In this document: positions 36,430 to 48,000 of the stretch, piece after piece
Numbering within the stretch: position 1 is the stretch's first letter
Layout of the letters: every line of letters starts with the position of its first letter
Assembly: GCA_950097015.1 (NCBI GenBank)
Contig: CATNEN010000007.1
Coordinates: forward strand, 5,952,001-6,016,000
Reading direction: 5' to 3'
Origin: Macrostomum hystrix
Lineage: Eukaryota; Animalia; Platyhelminthes
Length of the DNA stretch: 64,000 nt
Notes under the pieces: generated by a model
Databases searched by the model: none
Told to the model about the DNA's origin: nothing
The model's input: only the letters and a program-made list of their open reading frames with translations
Made by a program: the position numbers and the translations under genes

Positions 36430-37047
36430 CTTATGCTAAACGGTAAAGCTGTTTCTGAGATATATGGTCATTGGCCATAGACACCTACCATTAGGTTTAC
36501 AAAGATTGATTTTTCTGCCTAAAACCAAGTCTTGTGTTGTGTTGACTTTAATTTTAAAGCCCAAGAAAGGAAATGTTAGCCATATGAAACATTACAAGAG
36601 TCTTTCTGCAAGTATTGTGTTTTCAAATGCCTTACTTCTTGTCAACAAGTTTGCTGTCTCTTTTGACATCTGGAGTTTGGATCACCTCCATGGATGCCCA
36701 CAGTGTCGAAGCACAGCGAGCTGCGATCTTTTCACTGTGGAAAAATTGTCAGTCGGCTATTCAAATTCATCAAGCCTTGGTCACCGCATACCAGGATCAA
36801 GCAGTGACTCTTCGCACCGTTCGCAATTGGATTGAGCGCTTTGAAGCAGGTCGAGAGCAACTGAGTGATCAACCTCGTTGTTTCTGTAAACCTTTCACTA
36901 GATCTCCATAGTAAAACGCCTAGCGTTTTGTGAAAAGTAGGCCTTTTTTAATAAGCTTGGTGTCAAAAGCAGCACAGAAAAAAGTTCTATAAGCCATCAA
37001 AAACCGCTTTGCAATCAGACTTCTACCTCCTGAGCTATGCTTAATAG

Positions 37048-37768
37048 TGTTGTGTCCCGAGACGGGCCACCCGGCTTCGCCTCTCGCTCAGGACGAGCAG
37101 GGAGGTTCAGCACTTCCGTCCTACTATGTGTCGGCCTACTGTCGCACTAGACGCACAGGCAGTAAGCCGGCAACCAAGGTCGCAACGAATGCACAGGCCC
37201 TGGCGACAAAGTCCTAGTGACTGAACCCGAAAAGACAGAGACAGAACGACACTTACGTAGGCTAGCAGTGCGGGTTTGCGCTCGGGAGAGCTGGCTGAGT
37301 GGATGTATTTTTTCTGGTAGGCGGTGGTTGGGGTGCTCAACAAAACAAAACCGTCACGTCAGAGGGGGGACGAGCGCGCGCACGCCAATAAATAAGACCT
37401 GCTCACCCAGGGTGAGCAGGGTAATACCCGATCACGGCTAAGCTGCAGGGTAGAGAGAGAAAGTAAGAGACAGTAAGAGAGAGAACCAGTCGCAGCCTCG
37501 CCAATCACGCAGGGTCAATAAGACAACTGGGCGAGCCGCGAACCAATGAGAGGGCAGGAACGGAAGATGACAATAACCGGGGGTACGCAACGTCTTAGCT
37601 CAACCAATCAGACGCCAGGGGTGAGAGAAATTGATAGGCAGGCAGGCGCAGAGCAAGAAAGGGGCAGGGGGGGCGACTCAAAGTGCAACGCGACAGTGAA
37701 AGTGCACCGAAAAATACAGTACATAGAAACTATTAAATACAGTACATAGAAACTATTAAATCACAACA
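37048..37768. mobile_element. Solo LTR (721 bp) inserted in the right TIR of the mariner element
   Basis: Termini TGTTGTG...CACAACA, 4-bp TSD atag (37044-37047 and 37769-37772); removing it restores the TIR. Confidence 0.88.
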
Positions 37769-38705
37769 ATAGGGAAAGGACTTTTGGAACTCCCCTCGTA
37801 CTCGTATATTTACAGTATCATTTTCATTTGACTTTACAGATCAACTACTGTCAGACACTAGACTGCTAAACACTACTAGACAGATAATTCTACTGTCACA
37901 ATCAACTACTTTGCGGTACTGCCATACTATAGTGTTCAGTGTGTAATGGTAGCGTTATTTACTGATCACCTATATTAATTTATCAGGTATGTAAAAGTGT
38001 GCGGTTAGAATAATGACAATCAATTATTTTTATTCTCTGAGTATTCGAATGCGAAAATGTAAATAAACTGATCAAATAAATATTAAAAATCGTCATTAAG
38101 TCTTGTGCCATAGGATCGGAAAGGCACTGTATATATTTGCTTTAAAAGGCCTGTCACTCTTGTAATGACCTCAGAGCCAGATTCGAGGAGTAATTAAAAT
38201 AGTCTGTGCTGTACACTGCATGTCTGAAACAATAGCAGGCTTTTTCAAGCTAATTGTCAACAGAGTGGGTCGCTTTGTGTTCTCGTGAGTCGCATTGCAA
38301 AGCATGCGCAGCGCTGTGAGAATCTCACCTTTTTGTTCCTTCAAGAGCTGAGAACTTGCATTTCCTAGCTGGGGTCCCTTCGCTGAGTCGCAGGCAGGAA
38401 TGTGTGGGCTAGCAAACAAGCGAAGGCAAATAAGCCTTGACTGCTGGAGGCATCTGGTCCCCAACCAATTCGTTTCCTGAACTGCTCCGTTAGAGCAACA
38501 GGCGCCACCTGTTTGCTGCAGTCTCGCATTGAGTAACTATTAAACAAATGCTGAGACAGCTTTGGATTGTCGTTGACCCATCCGAATTTAGAATGACAAA
38601 CATTCTGTCAGAGTCGTGATTTATTCTCACCGATCCAACCCACTTAAATAGCTCATAGTTCTCATTTTATTGGCAGTTGGAAACTAGCAGCACAGGGTAA
38701 TAATA

Positions 38706-41700
38706 ATGCAGTCCGCAACTTTCCCAGATAGTTCGTTGCGAACGTTGCTTCTCATTCTGACGGTCTTCAGCCAGGTGATGAGAATCTGCTGCGGCAACAT
38801 CACTCTAGGTACGGAAATTAATCTGCTATAAAGTGTTGTCGATGCATTTTAGTACATAAAAAAATTACACGATTAATACAAAAGTTTACCCCAGTACTTT
38901 CTGGAGTATAATTCTCACGTAGGAGGAGGGTAAGTGGCAAAGTGGTTAACGCGTTTGCCAACTCCTAAGGCACTGTCTAAAAAATGAAAAAACAGTTCTG
39001 ATGTACACCATGTGTGCCTTCGTACTGTTTCAGTGTGCGTGTGTTCAGGTGTCAGCTGATGTACATATTATTATCTGAAATGCATCCATCTTAAAGAATG
39101 CTCACGATTCGCTTCTTCCAGCTCTACTATGGAATCAGGAGGGCACAGCTGTTATCGCCCGGGAAATGTTTAACAGTAAATTTCTGCCCGCCATTCTGGG
39201 TGCGTGTCCTTCGCAGCCTGGCATCAACGAGACTCACTTTGACTTTGTGGAAATCGTGCACAACCGACTGCTGGACATTCCGGACGCTTTCCAGAGTGAG
39301 AATCAAAACTTATTCGAAGGGATGTTCGCAGATCAGGCTCGGAGCTGTTCTTCTGTGGTGCCTGTCAATTCGAACCGTTCATTTTTGGTAGCTTATGACG
39401 CATCATGACGCACCACAATCTATTAAATCAAATTTTCACATTGAGTTCATTACATCGGGACTTTTTATCATCTACTCTATCATAGAAATTGTCAGTCTTG
39501 CCAGTGTTACTCTCACTCTGCTTCTCACGATTTGTGAAACCGTGCCAGAGTTGGACAGGCTCAGCAGCTGCCTGTTCATCGGTGCGCACGAGGGCGTGTC
39601 TTCCGTGTCGATGTTCGCTCAGGCGAACTTGTCAAGCGGCCTGACGCCGAGCTCCGCTGCTGCCCGACGGTACCCCAGCATGCAGCTGCACCGGGTGGCG
39701 CCGATCACAGTGCCGTTGGCTACGGATGGCGTACTGCGGGCCCTCACACTGGCGATGGGCGGCAGCCTCGTCGCGGGCACCGAGTTGAGCATAGTGCTCG
39801 GCAGCGGCTACGACGCCTACGACGTGGAGCTGTTGGCAGCCCAGTTCGCCGGCTCAGTCCAGATCTACCGACTCGAGCCGGGCAAAGAGTACGATTTGGT
39901 CATGGCGCTTCGGTCCAAGTTTGCCAAAGAATTTTTTCTTGCGGCATCGTCCATCGAAGCTGAGAACTTGCTGTCCGCAGCTTTCAAAAGCGAAATGCTT
40001 CATCCGTCCTACCGGTGGTTTCTGTTTAACACGGTGAGACCATGTGAAGTGCCTGCCCGTTTAACAATGAGACCAACCAACTCACGAGACAGGCGGCTTC
40101 AATCTATAGCCGGGTTGAATTTCCAGACAAATGTCGATAGTGTTTTGTGCCGAAGGCCACCCTCAACTGGACCTTGGTAGTTAGAGCTAGGGGATTAAAG
40201 TATATTAGAATGGGGTTCAAACAGGTCCTTAACAGGTACTCAGGCACACACCAAATGGAACAGCAAATTAAAATATGGGAAATCGGAAAACAGTTAAAAA
40301 CTTGGGAAATGTAAACCCTCTTGTTTCTGCCTTAGCGGGGCACTGATAATCAGATGCATCTCGTGGTTTCTATAAATAGAAACTGACGTCAGATAAACAA
40401 GGCAGCAGATGTTACTAAAAATAGATATGAGTTAGAAGTACAAGTAAACAGGCAGTGTCCTCTAAGGATCACGTGAGGAAGGCAATTAACGGGCAGATAA
40501 AATGATTACACGTCATAGGCACTCACAATAGGTCCCTCCCCACCTCCTCCCCAGCTCCCCTTCACATGCTTGACTGATCCAAGCGCTTAGTTTATGCTCT
40601 TTTCGACGTTACGCGCTATTTTTTGCTGTTTTAATTAACTTTCATGATTACTCCACAATAATTCGCACGGCACAATGTGAATTAACAAAATTGCCGGCAT
40701 TGCAGCAAGTTGTGGAAAAGAACAATTTCTATGGCTTCCGAGTAGTTTCCTACAATATTACGTCAATGGATTTCGGACCGATTACAGTCGCTATCAACAA
40801 TGGCCTGAACTCGGCAAGAAAAATTTACCTGTTTGACCTCCTATCGATTTGGTCCGTCTATCTGAAGAATATTCTTTGCAATGAGGTAGGAGTTTAACTT
40901 TTTCTGTAGCTTTCACTCAAGCACAAGCGCTAAAATGAATGCCGAAAACACAAAGCCTTCACAAAAAACCTTAGTCAGCTGAGGTCAGCACAACTTTCAG
41001 CGGCATGACAGGCTCCTTTCGACTGGCCCCGAACGGCGCAGTTTCCAGACTGAACTGGTTCATGCACTTCTTCAAGGGGCTCGGAGAGCAGCGCCAAAGG
41101 GTGAGGACCATTGTGTAGTCAGTTTCAGTCACTTCCTGAGTCAAATTGTTGAAGCTGAGAATTGAGAGTGTAGAACTTCAAGGGCAAGTTCTGTGGTCTA
41201 GCAGGTGATCAATTAAAATATATTAGAAAACTAAATTGGTTATGTTTATCTAAACTATCATAAATACATTGAAATGCAGATCGGCAACTGGTCCAGCACA
41301 GGTGGTTTTTCATTTGAGCCGGCCAATCCGAGAATTCCAACCGATGAAGTGCTCATGCGAGAGCTCAACATGAATGTGTTTAAAGTAGTCACCGTGCTGG
41401 TATGATGTTTTGATTGAGAATGTCTCGAGAATTTTGCTACTGTCAGATGCTGCCACAAAGCCTGTTCAAATGGTTTCAGGATCCGCCCTTTGTGCAGTTC
41501 AAGAAGGGCTACGAGAATTTGACCAACGTATCACTGCACGACCGTCTGGAAGGGTTTGCCATGGACATATGCAAGCTAGTACTGGCTAACATGTCGGTGA
41601 GTCTCTGGCCTTGCTTGCATGCTGATAATTGACAGTACCACAGAGTCTGCTCACACAAGCCAATGTTCAACTAGTGTAATTATGTTGGTCTGTGTATCTT

Positions 41701-43988
41701 AGTATGATCAAGCTTGTAGAGATTTAATGTTATTTTTTAATTTCACGCAAACAAGAGTTAATCAAATAGCTCGTAATATATTTGTAGGAAATATGCCACT
41801 CGTCCAACTTAACAATGTCAGTAGTTTAGTTAGAATTGTATTTTATAATTTAAATGGAATCTAAAAACCAACGTAGCCCATTTACGTAAACCAAATGTAC
41901 GTGTAAAATGTATGTGGCCGTAGAACTGTGGCATATACGCCAGGAATACCATTTTTGGTTGATCACATACAATGGGATAGGGAAGTCATTTTGAAGTCAA
42001 TGAAGATAATGACGTCATAGTGACGATCATGCGACGCGAAAACTTTCTTCATGAATAAGACAATTAAATACATGAAATCCACAGAATTCTCCGATGAAGG
42101 GAACTTTGGGAAGACTCTGACAGGTCTAGACTTATGAGCTTGCTCAACCAGTGTGGACTTCCCAGGTGTGCGCAGGGTGCCCAGTTGTTAAACTTGTTTA
42201 ACTGTCCGGTCTTTTCGGCCTCCGCACTAGGTAGCTCAAGAATATTTTATAGGAGGAACCAATTATAGGTCGGATTAGCTTCTAAATGATCTACCTATTC
42301 TCAAGATTGCACTGACCAGTGTCAATAAACATTCAAGAAAAGTCTTAGGAAGGATTGTCGTGAATAACACGATACTGATAGTACGCCACGCATACGTTGC
42401 AAACCTATTAAAAAAGAATGACTTCGTCGTCTTACTAATTTGAGAAGAGAACTATCGCGAATTCAGCTCAGCGCCGAATACAAATCTACAAGCTGTCTCG
42501 TATGCATAAACTACTACCTGCCTGAACCACCCATTTTGCAGCTGAATTCCGTTGAGGTCTTTCTCCAGCCGGACGGTCTCTACGGCTCTTACGACCCAGT
42601 CAACGGCTGGAGAGGCATGGTGTCAACGCTGATGCAGAGCGGCGCGGGTCTGGCCTGTGCCTCCATGTCCGACACGGATATCCGTCGGAGCGTAGTGAAG
42701 TTCACGCAGCCAATCAAGTCCAATCAGCTGAACATTTTGTTTTCGAAACTCAAGCACGACCCATTCATCGTGATGTTTGAATTTCTTTCTCCACTGCATC
42801 TCTTCACCTGGCTGACCCTGCTCGGCTCCGGGGTGGTTTTGGCCCTAGTGCTCGCTGTCTTGCATCGCGTGAGCCGCAACGACCGACGAATCAGCCTATA
42901 CGACGCTCTCTACATTTCCTTCTCAATGCTGATCCAGGGCGTGAGGGTGTTCACACCGGATCGACCATCGTCACAGTTGGTAATTCATTCGATCAGCTAT
43001 TTTTAGACAGTTTAGTTTCATGATTTATTAAAAACCAGAAAACCAAACCCTATCAGGTGACCGGGATGTACTGGCTGTTCGCTCTGATCTTCCTTATCCT
43101 GTATTCAACTAACTACGCAGCCATGCGCACCTTGGAGCGAATTCAGACGGAGATCACGGGCCTAGAAAGTCTCACATTGCAGGCAGTTTATGACTACGGC
43201 ACAATTTATGACTCCGTGTATCTGGACTTCTTGAAAAAGTCTCCCGACCCATTACAACAAGCCACCTTCGCGCACATCGACAGCGATCCGCAGCACAGGC
43301 AGCCGATGAACATTAGCCAGGCGATCAGCATGATCAGGAATGGCACTTTCGCCTTCATCTACAGCTCCGTCATGAACGAGTACTACGCCAAGACGAACTG
43401 CGACCTTTCTGTGTCCGGAAGCTTCGGGCAAGAAAGCACGCGATTCGGTCTGCCGAGCAGCGCCGAATATGACGGCCTGATCAACCGGATCATCGACCAG
43501 CTGGTGCGCAGCGGTGTTGCGGACCGGATCTTCAAGCAGTGAGTGGAGCATGCATTCCTGTATAAAATGTTACTCGTGCAGAGTCAAAGACGGAAAAATT
43601 CAATCGATAAATGATTTCCCCCATCGCAACCAGATACTTCAACCCGCCGAAGAGTGAGTTGCCTGACTGCTCAAACAAGACCATGCCGTACGCCATCAAC
43701 GATTGGATACCCTCGGAGCCGGAGTTCTTCAACACTCGGCTAGGCGCACTGACCCTGAACAACACCCTGGGTATCACCGTCGTCAACCTGGCTGGCTGTC
43801 TGCTCACTCTGCTGCTGGCTGCCTTGGAGTTGGCCTACCAGGCCTTCAAAAAGCGGTTGAGGCGTTTCAAGGCGCGCCTGCAAGAAGACATCGCCATGGC
43901 AGCGGCGGCGGCAGCGGCGGCTGCGGCGGATTCTAATCCTCCGACTGATGAGAATCTTCCGGAACAGGCGTGGGAGTCTACTGTTTAG
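38706..43988 (+). CDS. Divergent ionotropic glutamate receptor-family subunit B (tandem paralog of A), 10 exons, ~859 aa
   Basis: Exons 38706-38808, 39122-39295, 39549-40033, 40706-40885, 40975-41100, 41280-41399, 41480-41596, 42542-42979, 43057-43538 and 43634-43988 (2580 nt). Internal exon lengths are identical to gene A, with the same domain motifs and C-terminal ESTV. Confidence 0.88.
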
Positions 43989-44119
43989 CAGCTGTACATG
44001 ACAGGATAACGGAGGGCACATTCAGAGTTTTTCAATGCCTTGTTTTTCACATAGGTGTCTGTAAATTCTGAGCCTGTTGAGTTTCGATCGCACTGCGATT
44101 TTACTACCCACAATTTTTT

Positions 44120-44870
44120 TATGAATCCCTTAAAATATTCAACCAATCGCCATGAAAATCCAGAACGCGGGATAAAATTCTCCGCTCCATCCGATCAAAA
44201 ACTTCCAGAATAACAAAACATCGGCATCGTCCAGATATTCATGGATTCTCGTCGGGGTATTTGGTGGCAAAAACCACTAATATTTTCTGCTCACAAAATG
44301 TCATCAAGTAATCACATCGGCTATTTTATTGTTAATTATATTTGTATTGTTAATTATTTAATAATTTTATCAACAGAGGTTGTAGCCTAGTGGTTAGGGT
44401 GTCGGACTCACGACTTGAAGGTCGGGGTATGATTCCCGACTCCACTGAAACAATTTGTGTCCTTTAGCAAGACACTTAACTCTGCATTGCTTCAGTTCAC
44501 CCAGCTGTTAAATGGGTACCAGCATTAGCTGGGATAATTGAAGGTGGGTGTGGCGTCCCCCTAGTCCATGGACTGAACAGCTGTATGCAGCCTTTAGCTG
44601 CACCGCGCAATAGCTGCGACTGTCTGTCGGCTGCACATCTGGCCCAATTAATTATATCAATTATTTTATCATAGAAAAAATATGGATTCGCCAAAGAGGT
44701 TTTCACATAGCAATGTTACTTGTCCTTCTCACCAGGGTCTCCGACAAGAACCGCTGAATATCTCGACGATTCTGACGTTAGACGGCTTTGAAAGTTAGTT
44801 CAGAGCGGAAATTTTGATCCAAATGGTGGAATTTCACGAGAATCGGTCATAAGGGAGACTTATCTTCAAT
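44120..44870 (-). mobile_element. Old non-autonomous element, copy 2 (between the 3' ends of iGluR B and C), interrupted by a SINE
   Basis: 44145-44310 and 44680-44865 are reverse complements of segments of 35590-36010. Confidence 0.65.
44374..44646 (+). mobile_element. tRNA-derived SINE with CORE-like central domain
   Basis: A box TAGCCTAGTGG and degenerate B box GGTATGATTCC, then TGTGTCCTTTAGCAAGACACTTAACTCTGCATTGCTTCAGTTCACCCAGCTGTTAAATGGG, which resembles the MIR CORE consensus. At least 4 copies in the window. Confidence 0.85.
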
Positions 44871-45043
44871 GCAAGAAATATTACGCAAAATAAAAAAGCT
44901 ATTGGCTTGTTAATTTGCATTCAACAGAAATGAAGATTGTCTGCCAGTCACTTGTATTTGCCTTCAGTATCAACTAGTAATTTGAGAGGAGAAATTGATT
45001 TGGTCGCAGGCAGAGTGAGAAAGTAATTTAGCCATACCAGGGA

Positions 45044-48000
45044 TCAGACGGCAGTTTCATCCTGCTGAGTCAGCACCAGAGTGCTCCGGCGGCGGCGGCT
45101 CATAGACGCTGCGCGCACGCTGTCCTCCCGGTCCACGAGGTTGCGACGCCAGCGGCCTCGGCAGCGGTCGAAGCCGTGCTCGAGGCCAGCCGCTAAGAGT
45201 GCCAGCGCGCAGCTGAGCAGGTTCAGCAGCAGCAGGCCGAAAGTCTCGCGCAGAGTCAGCGCACCCGGCCTCGGCGCTAGGCTGGGCGGTTCTTCGGGGG
45301 CCAGGCGCGACAGAATGGCGCCGATACCGCCTCTGTCCTCGGCGCTGCATAGCGGGCGTTGGCTTGCCGGAGCTTCAAAGTACCTGCGCAAGGATGGGTC
45401 ACGTGCGGCAGCTTAATGATGGTTCTTGGAGTTTCTCGAAGACGAGCGCAATTAGTCCGGCTCTCGCAACAATGGCCCAAAGCGAGGCTACGCTCGTAAT
45501 TTTTGGTGCAGCCCCTGAGAGAAGGCTTGTGCATGGGCCAACCGAAAAGGTACAGTACGAGTACACTGCGAGGCGATGAAAAAGTTATGACAGCTATACA
45601 CCTGTGTGTGCGCGCGCTCAGGATTAGTTCAGGATGGGCAGAATTGCCTCCTCCCTGGCTGCGGGTCGACGGAGTAAAATGATCTTTTTTCGCATCAGGT
45701 ACTTCAAAGAGAATTAAATCGAAACAGCTGATCGCTTTGTCGCCAAATGACGCTACCGTGTTTGTGATCGGCAGCCCCGTAAAAATGATAACATTCTGTA
45801 TTGTCGACAAAAAATGCGATCAACAATGCGATTTCAACCTCCAACGTGAGCGGAAGCGCCAAACCTCTGCTCCAGCTGATTCAACCAGTCGTCCGTCTGG
45901 TTAAGAGCAGTCGCGGCTGCCAGCTCCTCATTCAGCAGTGGCAGCAGTTCGGAGCCGCTTGGCAGGGCCAAAGCGAGGCCGATGGGGATTTCGTTGAAGA
46001 CAATGAGCTTGGCGTCGCAGGTCAGCTGGCTCCAGTAGGCGTTCCTCTTCGCGTCGTAGACAAGAGCGAATTCGCGGGTCTCCATTGCGACGCGGCCGGT
46101 TGAAGCGTCTCGGAACAGGTTGCGGTTGCGCTCCATTTGCTGGTACATTGCGCGGAGGCGTTGAAACGACGACTCCCTGAAGTAGGCGGAGTAGCTGGAG
46201 TTGGCCAGAGTGCCAAACTGGTAGGTCCTCTGGTCCATCAGGCTCGTCAGCTTGCTACCGATTGGCACCTGCAGCCTGGCGAGGGAGCGCCGGCCAGCCA
46301 TGTTGGACACGAAAGCCGCCATCAGCAGCAGCACCGCCAGGCGGAAGGTGCACACGGCGAACCGGCCGGAGGGTCGAGGTGGCTGCAACCTCCCGCCCTG
46401 AAAGTTTGCATGAAATTTCAGAAACTGACATCCTTAACACCCGTTCTCTGACACCTGTGACCTGTCTTCCAGGAGTATGCTTATTGAGACCCGATCGGTG
46501 GCACCTGTTGCCTGAAACCTGTTCCTTGACACTTGTTCTCTTAAATCTTTTCTTAGACCCCTATTCTCTGTGCACTACCATTTTTTCTCTCTAACACCTG
46601 TTCCCTGATACATTTTCTCTGACACCTGTCGCCTGACTTATTGTCTCTGACACCTGTTCCTGACAGATTTTCTCTGACACCTGTTCCCTGACTTATTTTC
46701 TCTGACACCTGTTCCCTGACTCATTGTCTGTGACACCTGTTCCCTGACTCATTGTCTCTGACACCTGTTCCCTGACTCATTGTCTCTGACACCTGTTCCC
46801 TGACTCATTGTCTCTGACACCTGTTCCCTGACTCATTGTCTCTGACACCTGTTCCCTGACTCATTGTCTCTGACACCTGCTCCTGAAACATGTTCCTTTA
46901 CATCTCTCCTCTGACACCTGTTCTGTATTCCTATTCTCTGACTCCTATTCTCTGCAAAAAAATCATTTTGACACGTGTTCTGCGACTACAGTTTACATTT
47001 TCTTAGGACCAGATATCTGACTCTATGAGGTCTTTCTAATAAGAAAATTTCCTGTTTAAACTGTTTTAATATTCTTCAAAAAATATATATTAGCTTCTGC
47101 CAAAGGACCTGGAGCAATTCGGCCAGGGCTGCGTAGACAGTGAAGACCACGTGAAAACGGCTGCGGTCCGGGTGCGCCCGGTGCAGGCCGGTCAGAACCA
47201 ACGCCAGGAGGCCGGCGGATGCCAGCGCCGTCAGCCAGACGTAGAGATCCATCGCCGCTATGAACTGGAAGGCGGACTCCACCGGATCCTCGCGCGGCTG
47301 ACGAAACAGCACCGACAGGTTGGTGCTGATGAAAGGCCGGGTCAAGGTCACAGTGTCGCCCAGCTGCCGGGACAACGATGGTGACGGCGGCGTCATGGCT
47401 GAGCAGGCGATGTCAGCGCGACCTTCGGCGAGTGCGGCAGCTACGCGGATCCAGGCGGCGTTGTTGACTGCCGTTGCCAGAGGCAACAGCTCCAGACTTA
47501 AGTTGGTCAGCTGCGAGTGCGATATTTGCAGTTCTCCTTTACTATTTCGTTTGCGCCTCCCGATCCTAGGACAAATCCTAGGAAAATTCTCAAATAATCC
47601 TCAATTTATTATCATGAGACAAATCCGATTGTTCGTCAGCAGAAAAAAATCCATTTTTTCCATTTATAATCTGACTTGGAATCAAACTGGGTCAGGATCC
47701 TCATTCCATTGCTTCTTGCACCTTCCCTAATGAAGCTTTGTGTGCGGCCGACAGCACAGCCGCAGCTATTGCGCGGCGCAGCTGAAGGCTGCGTACAGCT
47801 GTTCAGTCCATGGACTGGGGGGACGCCACACACACCTTCACTTATCCCGGCTAATACTATTACCCATTTAACAGCTGGGTGAACTGAAGCAATGCAGAGC
47901 TAAGTGTCTTGCTAAAGGACACAAATAGTTCCAGTGGAGCCAAGAATCGAACCTCCGACCTTCAAGTCACGAGTCCGACCCTCTAATTACATGGCTGCAA

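Larger units (their letters stand above)
36256..37798 (+). mobile_element. Internally deleted mariner-family DNA transposon with two nested insertions
   Basis: TA|CGAGAGGTGTTCCAAAGTCCTTTCCC... and ...GGGAAAGGACTTTTGGAACTCCCCTCG|TA. The ~115-bp inverted repeats lie at 36256-36370 and at 36951-37047 plus 37769-37798. The transposase N-terminal HTH fragment (36690-36878) reads QRAAIFSLWKNCQSAIQIHQALVTAYQDQAVTLRTVRNWIERFEAGREQLSDQPR and is truncated before the catalytic domain. Confidence 0.9.

Noticed and set aside
31230-43988. iGluR A and B as an assembly or haplotype duplication
   Set aside because: The introns are unrelated in length and sequence and most exons are substantially diverged; only one 346-bp tract is near-identical.
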